Below are positions 63,910-64,000 of a stretch of 64,000 nt of DNA, piece by piece. Source of the stretch: an uncultured Verrucomicrobiae bacterium (lineage in GTDB: Bacteria; Verrucomicrobiota; Verrucomicrobiia; Chthoniobacterales; UBA10450). The notes beneath the pieces were generated by a model. That model worked only from the letters and a program-made list of their open reading frames with translations. It made no database searches and had not been told where the DNA came from. How positions within the stretch are numbered: position 1 is the stretch's first letter; each line of letters opens with the position of its first letter. The position numbers and the translations under genes are program-made. Where the stretch lies: contig CAVYXA010000001.1 of assembly GCA_963772365.1 (NCBI GenBank), forward strand, positions 544,001-608,000, written 5' to 3'.

Positions 63910-64000
63910 GGTCGGATTGGATCTTTCGCCCATCGCGTTTCGCAGTCGGGCGCCCGGGTCACTGCCGTGCACGTCGAACACCAGGCGCGTGCGCTATTGA
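63896..64000 (+). CDS. Probable start of the next glycosyltransferase (partial, possible indel near 63960)
   Basis: MVRPKVGLDLSP... overlapping the previous stop; too short to assign firmly. Confidence 0.35.
   Translation: MVRPKVGLDLSPIAFRSRAPGSLPCTSNTRRVRY

Overview
64 kb of bacterial chromosome, most likely a soil Verrucomicrobiota (Chthoniobacterales / Ca. Udaeobacter-like). That assignment is an inference from gene style, dockerin-tailed secreted proteins and repeat families. Housekeeping blocks: holB-tmk, lysC-thrC, rnpA-yidD-yidC-jag, uppS-purA, uppP, glnB, glf, gmd and a surface-polysaccharide cluster. These alternate with secreted-protein genes and an ~11 kb accessory island (20.2-31.2 kb). 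The island holds an SF1 helicase-nuclease, a DUF262+HEPN pair and a mosaic of toxin-antitoxin (TA) genes and gene fragments. The junctions in that mosaic fall on a recurring ~25 bp hairpin and on repeated pieces of a shattered 5'-3' exonuclease gene. Other notable points: palindromic REP-like elements inserted in frame inside proteins, gene-end duplications flanking small cassettes, and a single-chain E1alpha-E1beta-lipoyl-E2 2-oxoacid dehydrogenase. Several frameshift/nonsense lesions cluster on GTAC, probably long-read errors at a methylated motif. No rRNA, tRNA, CRISPR array, integrase or transposase was recognised. All family assignments come from motif recognition by eye, not database searches.
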